From NCBI GenBank assembly GCA_040880525.1, contig JBBDIG010000055.1:1402-65401 (forward strand): a stretch of 64,000 bases of DNA, given 5' to 3'. Below are positions 38,401 to 47,412 of this stretch, one piece after another. Source of the stretch: Bacteroidia bacterium. GTDB lineage: Bacteria; Bacteroidota; Bacteroidia; CAILMK01; JBBDIG01. The stretch's first letter is position 1; each line of letters starts with the position of its first letter. A model generated the notes under the pieces. It was not told the origin of the DNA. It did not search any database and saw only the letters and a list, made by a program, of their open reading frames with translations. Position numbers and translations under genes: made by a program.

Positions 38401-41178
38401 ACCTCGCAAGAGTGCGTCCCACTAATAAAGCTGGATTGGAATTTTTATGTAGAACTTCCTGAGGATGTGGACTTCTATAATATTTACAGAAGTGATGATG
38501 GCATCAATTTCAACTTTATAGATGTAGTTCCCAATTCAATAAATACATATACCGATTCATCAGTTTCTTTAAACAATACTTACTGCTACAGAATAGAAGC
38601 GCTTGATCCTGAGAGCGGCTATAGCAGCGCTTCGGACACATTCTGCATGGAACCGATTCTCTTTCCGCTTCCGGATACTGCAGCGCTCATCAGTACCTCA
38701 GTATTGGCCACCGGCCTGGCTTCCGGAGAAATTGAAGTACAGTGGCAACCTGCTGCTCCTGCTGATACGCTGACGAAAGGTTACCAGCTCTATCATTCCA
38801 CCAGTGGCAATGCCGGGACGTTTTCCCTGATCCATGATGAGAACAATTTGAATATTGACCGCTATACGCAAACGGGCATAAACACAGAAACAGGCCTGAA
38901 CTTTTATTCCATAGCAGCTTATAACCGGTGCGACACGATCGGGGCATTATCCATCATTCACCGCCCGGTACAACTGGAAGCGAATAATCAAAACCTGGCC
39001 GTTGAACTTAACTGGCGGCAATATCAGGGGTTTGTACCCGCAATGTACGAGCTTGAGCGAGCACCTTTGGGCCAGCCATTCTCCACCCTCGCAATGCTGC
39101 CTGCTTCTGATTCCGGTTATACGGATTCCTCAGTGCATTGCCTTGAGACTTACAGCTACCGGATCAGGGCTTTGCATCCGGCCGGAGCAGCTTTTCATTC
39201 ATTCTCCGATACGCTTACAGTTACTGCATTTGACACTATTCCTCCTGCACCTGCTGATATTCTGTACGCCTCAGTATATGTTACAGACCCGGCAACCGGG
39301 GAGATCGTGCTGGAATTTGTTCCTGCTACCAAAAATACCCGCAGTGGCTATGCAATTCACCGTTCAGAAAATGGCGGAGCTTATTTGCCTGTGGATACTT
39401 TGCATGATACCAGTAGTACTGCCATTATTACATATTCAGATTTAAATTTAGATACAGAAAATAACACCTACAGTTATTTCTTAGGATCGCTGGATAGCTG
39501 CGGAAATGAGGCTGCTCCTGCTGATACGCACACTGTGATACACCTTCAGGTTCAGGCAGTGAATGGCGCCAACCTGCTGAACTGGAGTGCCTACAAGGGC
39601 TGGACCGGCTGGGAATATGGAATAGAGCGCAGAACGGCTGCCACCCACTGGATTCCGCTGGATACGGTAACGAGCGGTGTTCTGGCATTTACTGATAGCC
39701 TGACTAAATGCGACACAGTTTATACCTACCGGATTGTGGCGTATGATTTTTCCGGAAACTACTTTTCATTCTCGAACCAGGATAGCGTGATGAGTTTTGA
39801 AACCGATACCCCTGATGCCACAATGATGGTACGCGCCACCGTGAACGCGTCAGGAACTGCGAGCGGAGAAGTGCGCCTGGAATGGAATCCATCGGTTTCG
39901 GCAGATGTGGGTGGCTACAACATTTACCGCAGCCCTACCGGTGCGGCTCCGTGGACGATGGCGCAGGCTTACCATCCTGATACTTTTTATGTAGAAACAG
40001 GATTGAATACCGATGGAGAAATTTATTACTATGCAATAGAAGTGGAGGATAGCTGCCACAATACGAGCCGAACCTTGTCTGACGTCCACCGAACCATTGT
40101 GCTTGAGGCCAATGCAGGCAATGAGCGCGTGAACCTTGCCTGGAACAGCTATCAGGGCTTTGCGGTGCGCGAATACCAGTTGTGGCGTGATGGCAGCCTT
40201 TACCGGAAATTTGATAACGCAACCTTTAATTTTACAGATACCAGCGTGCTGTGCATCAATTATTATTCATATACCATCCGGGCCATTTCAAATGTGGATA
40301 CCACCATTTTCTCGGAATCGAATGTGGACTCAGCGAAACCCACAGATGTAACGGCTCCGCGGCCCATTTATCTGAAGGCAGCCTCTGTAACCTCGCCCAA
40401 TGACGAAATTACGCTCACCTGGAAGCGCAGCAATAATTTCGATGCGAAGAATTATAGCATTTACCGCAGGATACAGGGCCAGCCGGATATGATACTTCTG
40501 CACACAACAGCTTCTGCTGACGATACCTCCTTTGTTGACAATTTTGAAATTGGCGAATCCACCATTTGCTATGATATCAGGGCGAACGACTACTGCGACA
40601 ATCAAAGCGTGAGCAGCAACCTGGGCTGCATTATCATTTTGCGTGGAGCACCGGGAGCGCTGGTAAACCACCTGCAATGGGACGACTATTTCGACTGGCC
40701 TGGCGGAACAGAGGAATTCAGGATAATCCGCTCAGAGGACGATCTTCCCTGGACAGATATAGGTGCTGTTCCCGGCAATGAATTGAACTACACCGATGGT
40801 GATCTCTCTGATTTTGTGCTGGATTACTGCTACCAGATAGAGGCAGTTCCTAATGACGATGGCAGCAACAGTTCATTCTCTACCGTACTCTGCCTGCATC
40901 AGGAACCGGTAGTGCATATTCCGAATACATTTTCTCCCAGCCTATCCTTTGGCCTCAATGATACGTGGGGTCCGGAAGGCATGTTTATCAAAAGCTTCAG
41001 CATGGAGATCTACAATCGCTGGGGAGAAAGAATATTTGAGGCAACCGGCTCAGAAAGGTGGAATGGCCTGTATAAAGGAAAACCGGTAACGGAGGGCGTA
41101 TACATGTATGTGGTCACCATCCGCAGCCTGAATGACAATGTTGAGCGTTTTGAAGGGACAATTATGCTGATCAGATAG
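32443..41178 (+). CDS. Giant (2911 aa) FN3-repeat surface protein with a T9SS type B C-terminal domain
   Basis: Signal peptide, 13 modules of about 190-200 aa with DSC/HC and PFDT motifs, CTD IPNTFSP...IYNRWGE...WNG. Confidence 0.9.
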   Translation: MKYIFSFILLIILLSTATTGYATHLKGGDLTYRHLSGNTYEIKFLVYRDCVGSTAPLDDSIAYRIFAASNTSSFSSRYVLLSNSSFVDAEIPNCANPTGICIEKGEYIDTIQLGNDSQGYHISYMRNERNENITNLRRCVNTTNNSNCTGSCFLFPKYPFGMVWYAFVPPRSFRNSSPQFLTVPIPYICVNKRSTFNNNVYDPDGDSLVFSIDTPYSPPACGIAAPTPTVPPFSQVVYQSGYSAPKTFGAATPDVTINPITGDITAEPNASGNYVLAVTVKEYRVDPITKAVTYLGEIRRDLQFITGVCPSNAPPNFVADTQGYSRRLDPGDTICFTVSGKDTTPTSTGSDTVYLSAVGGIMGSPGSLIPPPHAYFPDTLDSFEVSQQFCWTPTCDHITYSSPHVVNFNLSDQGCNQVQKAYSIYVTPPPILKPPRLKCVNSLTASTIQLNWDTVGSDTAFVRYNIYRRPGSSGSFYMVESIYSHLTTTWTDFGITDALSQQYEYLIKSSNLCETEGLPSDTLGTLILSVSKINATQSLLSWTSVQSNFGNYTIMQDTGNGYTAIDSTSDTSYLLSNCNLEAEYRIRARDSSFSCDMLSNAVAAEMADSVAPAIPELRVASTVAADTINLTFTPSPDADARLLIFASVNGGVFSAVDTLDITSFSKQVYQHVPVSATTDRYCYYIQSLDSCGNFSLPSDTHCVVQLEGAGGQRRAHLNWHPYSGFPVAAYILERWDGSTWRQRDSLTASDTSFNDLLGARCNVPLFYRIKALLNRATDSISYSDTIRVTPFDTVPPAIPKMHRVTVEANSAIHVEFLRVADNDVKEYEIFYSQDGSTFLSAGLHPRQTNDTQVFVHSGIDPGSHRFCYYVQALDSCGPNYSAPSETLCAMELQGQAGNQSNHIQWHPYVGFNIDDYDLERWNGSTWISIASIPPTDTHFVDTPLPCYIEQRYRVRANELGANTFSYSDTLYLTPFDTIAPAAPEMRSVSVRNNQVIDLTWNHSNSPDIDRYIVYRMPAGGSFSIHDTVGLVSSYIDTPSSVINGSWCYAVAALDSCSDNISDLSDSHCSVVLQTDTLGCEQKVVLTWNHYVGWSAGVSNYEILRSKDGGSETLLATVNSTTTTFTDTPAHYPSRYCYRIKATETGSGGEFSFSNQSCESPFEADVPHTIMVTKTVTSTSTGEIEINWEPQAIAEKIEFQRLYYSTTGTLPFAILKDSIPISQTSFLHENLNTKTGEHYYYLVNVDSCENESDSSEIHKTMDLDFAIGQLEHDLNWTPYEGWNVSQYYIQQLLSGTFQTVDSVNGNITTWHKFPAPCNLKITYRVLATDGAGAFSLSDTVENQAIDTIPSDAPKITNVSVLNGNVIQLDFDGSDSLDNYLYDIRRSTNGGPFQNIGVVNFTFPNDQHSYFDTTNTLTDRYCYQVTILDSCLNSTASNIFCPVQLQGQDENLATRLDWFPFFGYPSFNYYVLHFNGNAYDTLAILPQGDTTYRHQPLPCNNLHHYKILTKETGGSRFSFSDSIALIPFDTIKPAAPAVKFATVISSSSVELQWAQSDADVRLYDVFIKSENTPWQFYASVPDDTVLTLTGLNTLDSIYYFRVIAIDSCGPNRSDSSEIHRTIQLQGVAGNLETRLNWSAYTGFSGISKYYIYRYENLNWQLLDSVASSSLLYTDDSLPCNRTQYYRITAQEAGSPYFSISDSIALTPFDTVGPDVPNVRKASVLPSNEVEVVFDTSQVTDVDWYLIYVSTNGGSFVLHDSVSHQLANPLQYLHTGADGSANNYCYYLIAADSCARNLSLLTDTHCTVMLTGQPRQLRSELNWNSYTGFSNPDYVVQRQDGTVWIDLATNPGSGFTDSLVACNVPYTYRIAIINGNDTAFSNYETVTPFDTIPPGVPGLRYVTVQPDHSVKLEWDYDPDSDVKFFDIFRSINGGTFSLINTVEYDSVLVDSPLTAQTNVYRYYVVAIDSCNAANRSAPSDTDNTMLATLTSQECVPLIKLDWNFYVELPEDVDFYNIYRSDDGINFNFIDVVPNSINTYTDSSVSLNNTYCYRIEALDPESGYSSASDTFCMEPILFPLPDTAALISTSVLATGLASGEIEVQWQPAAPADTLTKGYQLYHSTSGNAGTFSLIHDENNLNIDRYTQTGINTETGLNFYSIAAYNRCDTIGALSIIHRPVQLEANNQNLAVELNWRQYQGFVPAMYELERAPLGQPFSTLAMLPASDSGYTDSSVHCLETYSYRIRALHPAGAAFHSFSDTLTVTAFDTIPPAPADILYASVYVTDPATGEIVLEFVPATKNTRSGYAIHRSENGGAYLPVDTLHDTSSTAIITYSDLNLDTENNTYSYFLGSLDSCGNEAAPADTHTVIHLQVQAVNGANLLNWSAYKGWTGWEYGIERRTAATHWIPLDTVTSGVLAFTDSLTKCDTVYTYRIVAYDFSGNYFSFSNQDSVMSFETDTPDATMMVRATVNASGTASGEVRLEWNPSVSADVGGYNIYRSPTGAAPWTMAQAYHPDTFYVETGLNTDGEIYYYAIEVEDSCHNTSRTLSDVHRTIVLEANAGNERVNLAWNSYQGFAVREYQLWRDGSLYRKFDNATFNFTDTSVLCINYYSYTIRAISNVDTTIFSESNVDSAKPTDVTAPRPIYLKAASVTSPNDEITLTWKRSNNFDAKNYSIYRRIQGQPDMILLHTTASADDTSFVDNFEIGESTICYDIRANDYCDNQSVSSNLGCIIILRGAPGALVNHLQWDDYFDWPGGTEEFRIIRSEDDLPWTDIGAVPGNELNYTDGDLSDFVLDYCYQIEAVPNDDGSNSSFSTVLCLHQEPVVHIPNTFSPSLSFGLNDTWGPEGMFIKSFSMEIYNRWGERIFEATGSERWNGLYKGKPVTEGVYMYVVTIRSLNDNVERFEGTIMLIR

Positions 41179-41309
41179 GGTACAATTTTCTCCCCCAAGG
41201 CACTCCCCTGCTCCACCAGCGTCACGTACCCCTTGCTGCGAGATTAGTGGAAACTCCTGGACCATAAATCCTATTGAACATTATGACCAATCTTACCTCT
41301 AACCATTTT

Positions 41310-42817
41310 TTATTCTAATAGAATATCTATTTGTTTAAAGACTTCACTTGGATTCATTGCCCTGCTAAAGGCGATCTTTCCTTCCTTATCAATCAGCATA
41401 TAAGTCGGAGCCCTATAAACTGCAAAAGGCTGGATTTCTTTGTTGGAAAATTGTCCTTCTGCAACAAGGTGTATTTCTCTTGGTAACAGTGCGTTTCCTG
41501 ATGTATCCTTTTGTGCAGGCAACCTTTATCTTGCCTTAACAGGAAATTCTTCCAAATCTGTATTTCTTTATCTCCAGTCTCCAGAGCAATATTTATAAAG
41601 ACCACATCTTTCCCTTCATACCTCCTTATCAGTGCGTCCTTTTCCGGAATAGCATCCAGGCATGGCTGACACCAGGTACCCCAAAAATTCAAATAGACCA
41701 CTTTCCCTTTAAAATCAGCAAGGTCAACAGAATTTCCATACGCATCCGGTAAATTCAATTTAGGAGCTAGGGAACCGGATTTAAGAGACATGAGATAATC
41801 ACTGAATATTTTAAACTTTTCATAATTCTTATGATTGCTGAAATTATTGCTGTAAAAATCAGATAGGTCTTCAAGTATTTCAAGTGCTTCATCGTTCAGG
41901 AACAAAGGAAATTTTAAGGCGGCAATATTTATTGCTATGTCCCTTGCTTCACCCGAAAATGAATGTTTCGCTACCTCCGCTATTATGCTCAAATAATCTT
42001 CATCCCTCACAGGGCTCTGTATTCTGGCAATTTTCCTTTTAACTCTGTCATCCAAATAGAACCTGATATAATCCTGATACCGTGGCATAAAGCTATAAGG
42101 AGGGTTTGATAAGTCATTGGGGGCAATAAACGAATAATATTCATCCCCCGGAATCAAATAGCCACCAAAATCATCGCTTTTCCTGTCATGAAGGGACAGA
42201 TACTTTAAATAATTTGTAGCCTCCTGATAATGTATTAGTTGCCGTATATATTGCTCATATTCTTTAGAAGGCGGTAAATTCTTATCAATCTGAAGTGTCA
42301 CCTCGCTTTTCCAATTTTGTATACATTGCTTAAACTCATCAATTTCAAGAGCATTACAATCTATGTCACGATTATATTTATACTGTAAAGCCCAGTATTT
42401 TTCAAGGAAAGCATAGTTCCCCGCAGCATTTCCATCAATTGATAAATTGGAAATTGAATTTTCTATTCTAAATTTAATAACTAAAGTATCACCCGGCTTT
42501 AAATATATATCAAAGCTGAAGAAAATCTTTCCAGTACTCTTATTCAGGATTTGGTAGTACTCCGGTTTAATAGAATTTATCTCAAAAATAAACTGGCCTT
42601 GACTATCAATTTCAGTGGAATCCAATATGCAGCACACATTTCTATTGTACTCGTAATCCTGGCTATGAATAAGGTATAGTGATATTCCTGTAAATGGGGG
42701 GTAATCTCCAATAATACAGGCAGAACTGGATTTAGCCAGAACTTTTTCTGACACAACAAAGCTGAAAACAAAGAGGATTAAAGCGAAGTATAGTTTCCGG
42801 TAGTTGGAGATTGCCAT
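41310..42817 (-). pseudogene. TlpA-like disulfide reductase (thioredoxin fold), frameshifted near the C-terminus
   Basis: FWGTWCQPC in the main ORF; the expected tail IHLVAEG...PTYMLIDKEGKI lies in a different frame (ORF 41310-41522). Confidence 0.7.
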
Positions 42818-42942
42818 AATAATTTGATTATAATTCTAATTTCGGCTTTAATTGTTTTTTTATTTTTTCCACGAATAAATTGATTTTGTATTTAAATTTT
42901 ATTATTTTAAAACTTAAAATCTAAACCGTAAAAGAAAAATAA

Positions 42943-43323
42943 TCAGCAATAGGACTTCACCCATTCAATGGCCTTTTCTTTATCTGTGAATAGCCTCACT
43001 GGTACTGCCGGCTTGTTGAATGAAAGCCATAAGTTGGTCGCGATCTCAATAAACTTGGATGGTGTGATAAAGGCCCCGGAAATAATATTTTTTGTGGCTT
43101 CTTCTGAGGAGAAATAGGCACGGGCTTCTTTGGTGGCCGGATCCATTTCCGTGAGGTCACCAATCATGCAAAGCCTTCTGTTGCCGGTAACCTGCAGGCG
43201 CTCAGCTACTACTTTTCTGGCCAAAGCAAGATCGTAATGAACTTTGGGCCGGAACAGCACGAATACAATATCGTCTTCAATCCAGATGCTGATATGCTCG
43301 TTGTCAATTCTTTTAGTTTCCAT
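42943..43323 (-). CDS. Small STAS/SEC14-like (DUF7793-like) protein
   Basis: TKEARAYFSS...KPAVPVRLFTDKEKAIEW pattern. Confidence 0.6.
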   Translation of the reverse strand: METKRIDNEHISIWIEDDIVFVLFRPKVHYDLALARKVVAERLQVTGNRRLCMIGDLTEMDPATKEARAYFSSEEATKNIISGAFITPSKFIEIATNLWLSFNKPAVPVRLFTDKEKAIEWVKSYC

Positions 43324-43337
43324 TTTTAATATTAATA

Positions 43338-43694
43338 TTAAATGCAGGGGTTAATGGACCGGAAGGCTAGCACAATCTTCAGAGCTATCCGAATACTAGG
43401 TGAACACATTCTGGCTACCATACCATATTCCAGTGCGGTATCTCTTTTAAAACTGACTTTAAAATGGTTGAGGTTCGTATCATTACGGCTGAAGTATTTC
43501 TGCTGGTGCCGAAGCGTATACCTGCCGTTTTCCACAGCAATGCAAGCCTTTTGTGCCCTCTCTAAAATAGCTCTTCCGTTCTCCACAGAAATATCTGCTT
43601 TAGGTGACTTCTCCAGAATTTCTGTGCCTGTTTCCTGGGCATATCCGAAGGAAATCGCCAGGCAAATAATTGTTGACATGAAGATTAGTTTCAT
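43338..43694 (-). CDS. Secreted hypothetical protein, possibly truncated
   Basis: Signal-peptide-like N-terminus; the C-terminal end looks non-coding. Confidence 0.4.
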   Translation of the reverse strand: MKLIFMSTIICLAISFGYAQETGTEILEKSPKADISVENGRAILERAQKACIAVENGRYTLRHQQKYFSRNDTNLNHFKVSFKRDTALEYGMVARMCSPSIRIALKIVLAFRSINPCI

Positions 43695-43804
43695 TTAATA
43701 ATTTTCACGAAAGGTAAATATTCAGCAGCCTCAATCCTGCACAAAATAATGTGGGAATTCGGTTGACTTCAGAACGCTTTCACTTTCCCGGTGATCCGGC
43801 TGCT

Positions 43805-44275
43805 TCAATTCACCATTTTATTGGCACAACTGGTACTGGCAAAAGCTTCGGGCTTGGCTTTGAAGATAAAACCCATGCTAAGGATGTATCCCATTGCTTC
43901 GCTGAGGGCGGAGTTACTCTTGAACTGCGGACTTGTGTTGATGTCTGCGTGTACCTCAAGGTCAACCTTGTGCTTGTCGAGCAAGGGGCAAAGTTCATAG
44001 GCGATCTCAATAGATTTGCTCACCTCCATCAGCATCCGCTCTTTGATGGACATCCGGTTACGCATCTTATCCTTGTGGATGAACATGAAGCCGCCATGCT
44101 TTTCGCGTACAAATACGATGACTGTGGCAAACTCAAGGATGTTGTTGCGTCTTTGGGAATCTGTGCCAATGCATACTTTCAGCTTATACCCATTTTCACG
44201 CTCGCGCCTGATCACTTCATCCACTTCTGATAAAATAGAACCTTTCAGTTGCTCTCCGTTAAATCTTTTCCACAT
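43805..44275 (-). CDS. Ribonuclease H-like YkuK family protein
   Basis: IGTDSQ, EVSKSIEIA, LEVHADIN, KPEAFAST; start moved to ATG 44275. Confidence 0.85.
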   Translation of the reverse strand: MWKRFNGEQLKGSILSEVDEVIRRERENGYKLKVCIGTDSQRRNNILEFATVIVFVREKHGGFMFIHKDKMRNRMSIKERMLMEVSKSIEIAYELCPLLDKHKVDLEVHADINTSPQFKSNSALSEAMGYILSMGFIFKAKPEAFASTSCANKMVN

Positions 44276-44405
44276 AATACAAATGGATTTTACTGATGGA
44301 ATCTTTGAATCACGCGCTAAATTTACTACTACTTCCCTAAGTTCAGCACAGCCGAAGCAGAAAATTATGAACATTGCCGGTATTATGTATCTTCAGCCCG
44401 GCAGG

Positions 44406-45218
44406 TCAAAAGCCTTTCAATAAGCTCCGTCTCACCGAATCCTGCATGGCGGGAGAAAGATCAAATTGATAGCGATACATGGCATTTTCCCACTCGCCAT
44501 AAACCGGATTAGGCAAAACGATAAGACGGTTTCCGAAAGCATTTCGAACGCTGTCCACTTTAGCATTCCGTTCTTCCCGCGTTTTCTTTTCAAAATCCTC
44601 CAGGAAGTCATTGAGGTTATCTCCGGCCATCATAGCGATCTCATATCCCTGTCTCCTTACCTTTTCCCGCCTCGGCTCCTTTCCGGAAGTTGTCGTCCGC
44701 AGCAACACACGTTCTTCATTTACTGCCGGGAAATCGAATCGCTGTAAATTCTTCATAGTTGCCTGCAACTCCTCCTGCTTCCGGTTAGAGATATAAAAGA
44801 CGGCATACTCCAGGGAATCTGCCACCTGAAGAAAGCGCAGTGCTCCCGGCACTGTATCCGCTGCGGCCAGATCAGTCCAGCGCTTCCAGCTTTCGAACGT
44901 ATATGGCTGATTATTCAGCACCTGCCACGCACCATACGGACTATTATCAAGGAGCGTTTCATCAATATCCACGACTACCGCCAGTTTCTGCTCCGGTTTC
45001 CGAGCCCGGATTTCCCGCAGTCGCATTTCGGCCAGAAAGTAGGTCTGGTAAACCAGCGCCCTATATTCTGCTGATCGCTGCACAAAAAGTACAGCCAGCG
45101 CCTTATGCTCAAGAGGAGCAACGGCAGGTGCAGTGGATTGATCCTGCACGGCTGGCGATTTTTGCGCAAGTTTGCAGGAAAATAATAGCAGAAGCACCAG
45201 CGGCAAATATCTGTACAT
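44406..45218 (-). CDS. 5'-nucleotidase, lipoprotein e(P4) family (class C acid phosphatase)
   Basis: Lipobox LFSC, VVDIDETLLDNSPY, GDNLNDF, LPNPVYGEWE. Confidence 0.92.
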   Translation of the reverse strand: MYRYLPLVLLLLFSCKLAQKSPAVQDQSTAPAVAPLEHKALAVLFVQRSAEYRALVYQTYFLAEMRLREIRARKPEQKLAVVVDIDETLLDNSPYGAWQVLNNQPYTFESWKRWTDLAAADTVPGALRFLQVADSLEYAVFYISNRKQEELQATMKNLQRFDFPAVNEERVLLRTTTSGKEPRREKVRRQGYEIAMMAGDNLNDFLEDFEKKTREERNAKVDSVRNAFGNRLIVLPNPVYGEWENAMYRYQFDLSPAMQDSVRRSLLKGF

Positions 45219-45316
45219 AATGAAAACTTAAAATATTTGAAAGGGCAAAAATAGAAGAATGCAGCACTTCCATTTAGCACAACCGTTTCCCTGGCATTTA
45301 CTGAAAACAAAAACTG

Positions 45317-46198
45317 ATGGCAAGAAAAAACATACATGATAAAGTACCTGCCCATAGCCAAATGCTGATCCCTGTTTTGGAAGCATTAAAAAGACTTGGA
45401 GGTTCAGGTTCAATTGAGGAAATCAACGAAAAGGTATATGAAGTTGCTGGCTATACAGAAGACATACTGGAAATCCCTCATGATGAAAACGGAGTACAAT
45501 CCAAAGTTGAATATCGTTTGGCCTGGGCAAGAACATATTTAAAGAAATACGGACTACTAGAAAACTCTTCTCGTGGTGTTTGGGCATTAGTTGATAATGA
45601 GATTGAAACTTCCAGATTAGATCCGGATAAAATTGTCCGCTCGGTAAGAGAGAAAGTCCGCAATCCAAAACCTGGAAAGTCAGTAGATCAGAATCTTCTT
45701 AATGAGAAGGAAGTATCAGACGAAATTGAAGAAGAAATAGATTGGAAAGAAAACCTAATTTCTGTCCTTTTGAAAATTGACCCTTCAGCTTTCGAGCGTT
45801 TATGTCAACGACTTTTAAGAGAAAGTGGATTTATCCAAGTTGAAGTAACAGGCAAAACTGGAGATGGAGGAATAGATGGGAGAGGAATTGTTAGAATAAA
45901 CGGTTTTTTAAATTTTCACATTTTCTTTCAGTGCAAAAGGTACAAAGGTTCCGTAGGCTCTGGTGATGTCCGGGATTTCAGAGGTGCAATGCAAGGACGG
46001 GCAGATAAGGGATTGTTTATTTCAACCGGAAATTTTACAAGAGAAGCAATAAAAGAAGGAACAAGAGACGGAGCTCCGCCAATTGATCTCATTGATGGAG
46101 AGCAACTTTGTGATAAACTTAAGGAATTTAATCTTGGAGTGAAAACGGAATTAATAGAGGAAGTAAGCATCCTTCCCGAATGGTTTGACAAAATCTGA
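45317..46198 (+). CDS. mrr: Mrr-family type IV restriction endonuclease
   Basis: N-terminal wHTH (RLAWARTYLKKYGLL...RGVW), catalytic DGGIDG...QCKRY...IDLIDG. Confidence 0.92.
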   Translation: MARKNIHDKVPAHSQMLIPVLEALKRLGGSGSIEEINEKVYEVAGYTEDILEIPHDENGVQSKVEYRLAWARTYLKKYGLLENSSRGVWALVDNEIETSRLDPDKIVRSVREKVRNPKPGKSVDQNLLNEKEVSDEIEEEIDWKENLISVLLKIDPSAFERLCQRLLRESGFIQVEVTGKTGDGGIDGRGIVRINGFLNFHIFFQCKRYKGSVGSGDVRDFRGAMQGRADKGLFISTGNFTREAIKEGTRDGAPPIDLIDGEQLCDKLKEFNLGVKTELIEEVSILPEWFDKI

Positions 46199-46234
46199 AA
46201 AGTAGTTTGATTTTAAAAAATTCCGGGGGCTTTC

Positions 46235-46260
46235 CAACCTTTTCTGTAATATGCCGCACT
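46235..46260 (+). promoter_or_regulatory. Putative ECF sigma autoregulatory promoter
   Basis: CAACC-N16-GCACT directly upstream of the ECF sigma ATG; AAC in the -35 element is the typical ECF signature. Confidence 0.45.
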
Positions 46261-46269
46261 TTAGAGTGA

Positions 46270-46815
46270 ATGGATCAGATGACGTCTCAGAAAATAAACA
46301 GGGAAGAACAGGCATTGATCAAGAGCTGCGTGGAAAACGACAGGCTTGCTCAGAAAACCCTGTTTGAAAAATATAAACGTGCTATGTACACCATTTGCTA
46401 CCAAATGCTGGGGAATACAGATGATGCGCATGATGCTTTGCAGGAAGGTTTTATCAATGTATTCAAAAGCATCCGTTCATTTTCCGGCAGAGGAACGCTG
46501 GGGAGTTGGATAAAAACGATCATCATCAGGTCCGCGATTAAACAACTGGATCTGACGTCTCAAACTATAGATATTGACTATGCTGTGGAATTTGAAGCAC
46601 CCCAATGGCCCAATGATATTGACGGAGAAATCCTGGAAAAGGCCATTACCTTGCTACCGGAAAAATGCCGGGTTGTGTTCCTGTTAATTGAAGTTGAAGA
46701 ATATTCGCACAAAGAGGTAGCGGAAATGCTGGGCATTGGAATTGGCACTTCAAAATCGCAACTGCACTACGCCAAAAAGCTTTTATGTGAAAAATTGAAG
46801 CATATTTATGCATAA
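46270..46815 (+). CDS. ECF RNA polymerase sigma factor
   Basis: DAHDALQEGF, SWIKTIIIR, region 4 YSHKEVAEMLGIGIGTSKSQL. Confidence 0.95.
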   Translation: MDQMTSQKINREEQALIKSCVENDRLAQKTLFEKYKRAMYTICYQMLGNTDDAHDALQEGFINVFKSIRSFSGRGTLGSWIKTIIIRSAIKQLDLTSQTIDIDYAVEFEAPQWPNDIDGEILEKAITLLPEKCRVVFLLIEVEEYSHKEVAEMLGIGIGTSKSQLHYAKKLLCEKLKHIYA

Positions 46816-47404
46816 TGATAAAGAATTAAAAAAAGCAATTAAAAAGCTCCCGGACCGATCTCCAGAGGCCGATTCATGGCCAGGAATAGCGCAGCGGCTG
46901 GATGAGCAGGAGTGCCTCCGCATGCCGCTCATGAAGTTGCCGCAGCATGAGCCCTCCGAAACTGCATGGCAACATATTGAAAAAGCCCTTCCGGGGAAAA
47001 GGATTCCCATGTATCGCTACTATACCGGAATTGCTGCGGCCATCCTGCTCCTGGCCGGACTGAGCATAGTTTTTAATATGGAAAAAACCGGGGCGGAAAA
47101 AGTAACGGTAAATTATTCAGTAGAATATACTGACGTTGCTAAAGACTGGGACCTGGATTTTTCTTCCACGCAAAAGGCACGCGAATATTTGCGGGACCTT
47201 TGCCAATCCTTTGAAAGTAATTGCGAAAGTGAAGAGTTTACTCAATTGAGGTCGGCATTAACGCAAACCGGTGATGCTATTGAAAGAACGGAAGGAATCC
47301 TGGCTACATTCCCCAATGATCCTGATCTTAACCGTAAGCTATTAAAATTCAAAAAGCAGGAAGCCAAAATTACCCGCGAGCTATTAGTCATAACCATGAA
47401 ATAA
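46808..47404 (+). CDS. Putative anti-sigma factor (single TM)
   Basis: Overlaps the sigma stop; short cytoplasmic domain, TM IAAAILLLAGLSIVF, periplasmic helical domain. Confidence 0.75.
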   Translation: MHNDKELKKAIKKLPDRSPEADSWPGIAQRLDEQECLRMPLMKLPQHEPSETAWQHIEKALPGKRIPMYRYYTGIAAAILLLAGLSIVFNMEKTGAEKVTVNYSVEYTDVAKDWDLDFSSTQKAREYLRDLCQSFESNCESEEFTQLRSALTQTGDAIERTEGILATFPNDPDLNRKLLKFKKQEAKITRELLVITMK

Positions 47405-47412
47405 AGCTGAAA

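Noticed and set aside
5228-41265. Numerous 60-230 aa ORFs antisense to or overlapping the bat operon, dnaK, aconitase, GH3 and the giant gene
   Set aside because: Shadow ORFs of well-supported genes with no recognisable motifs
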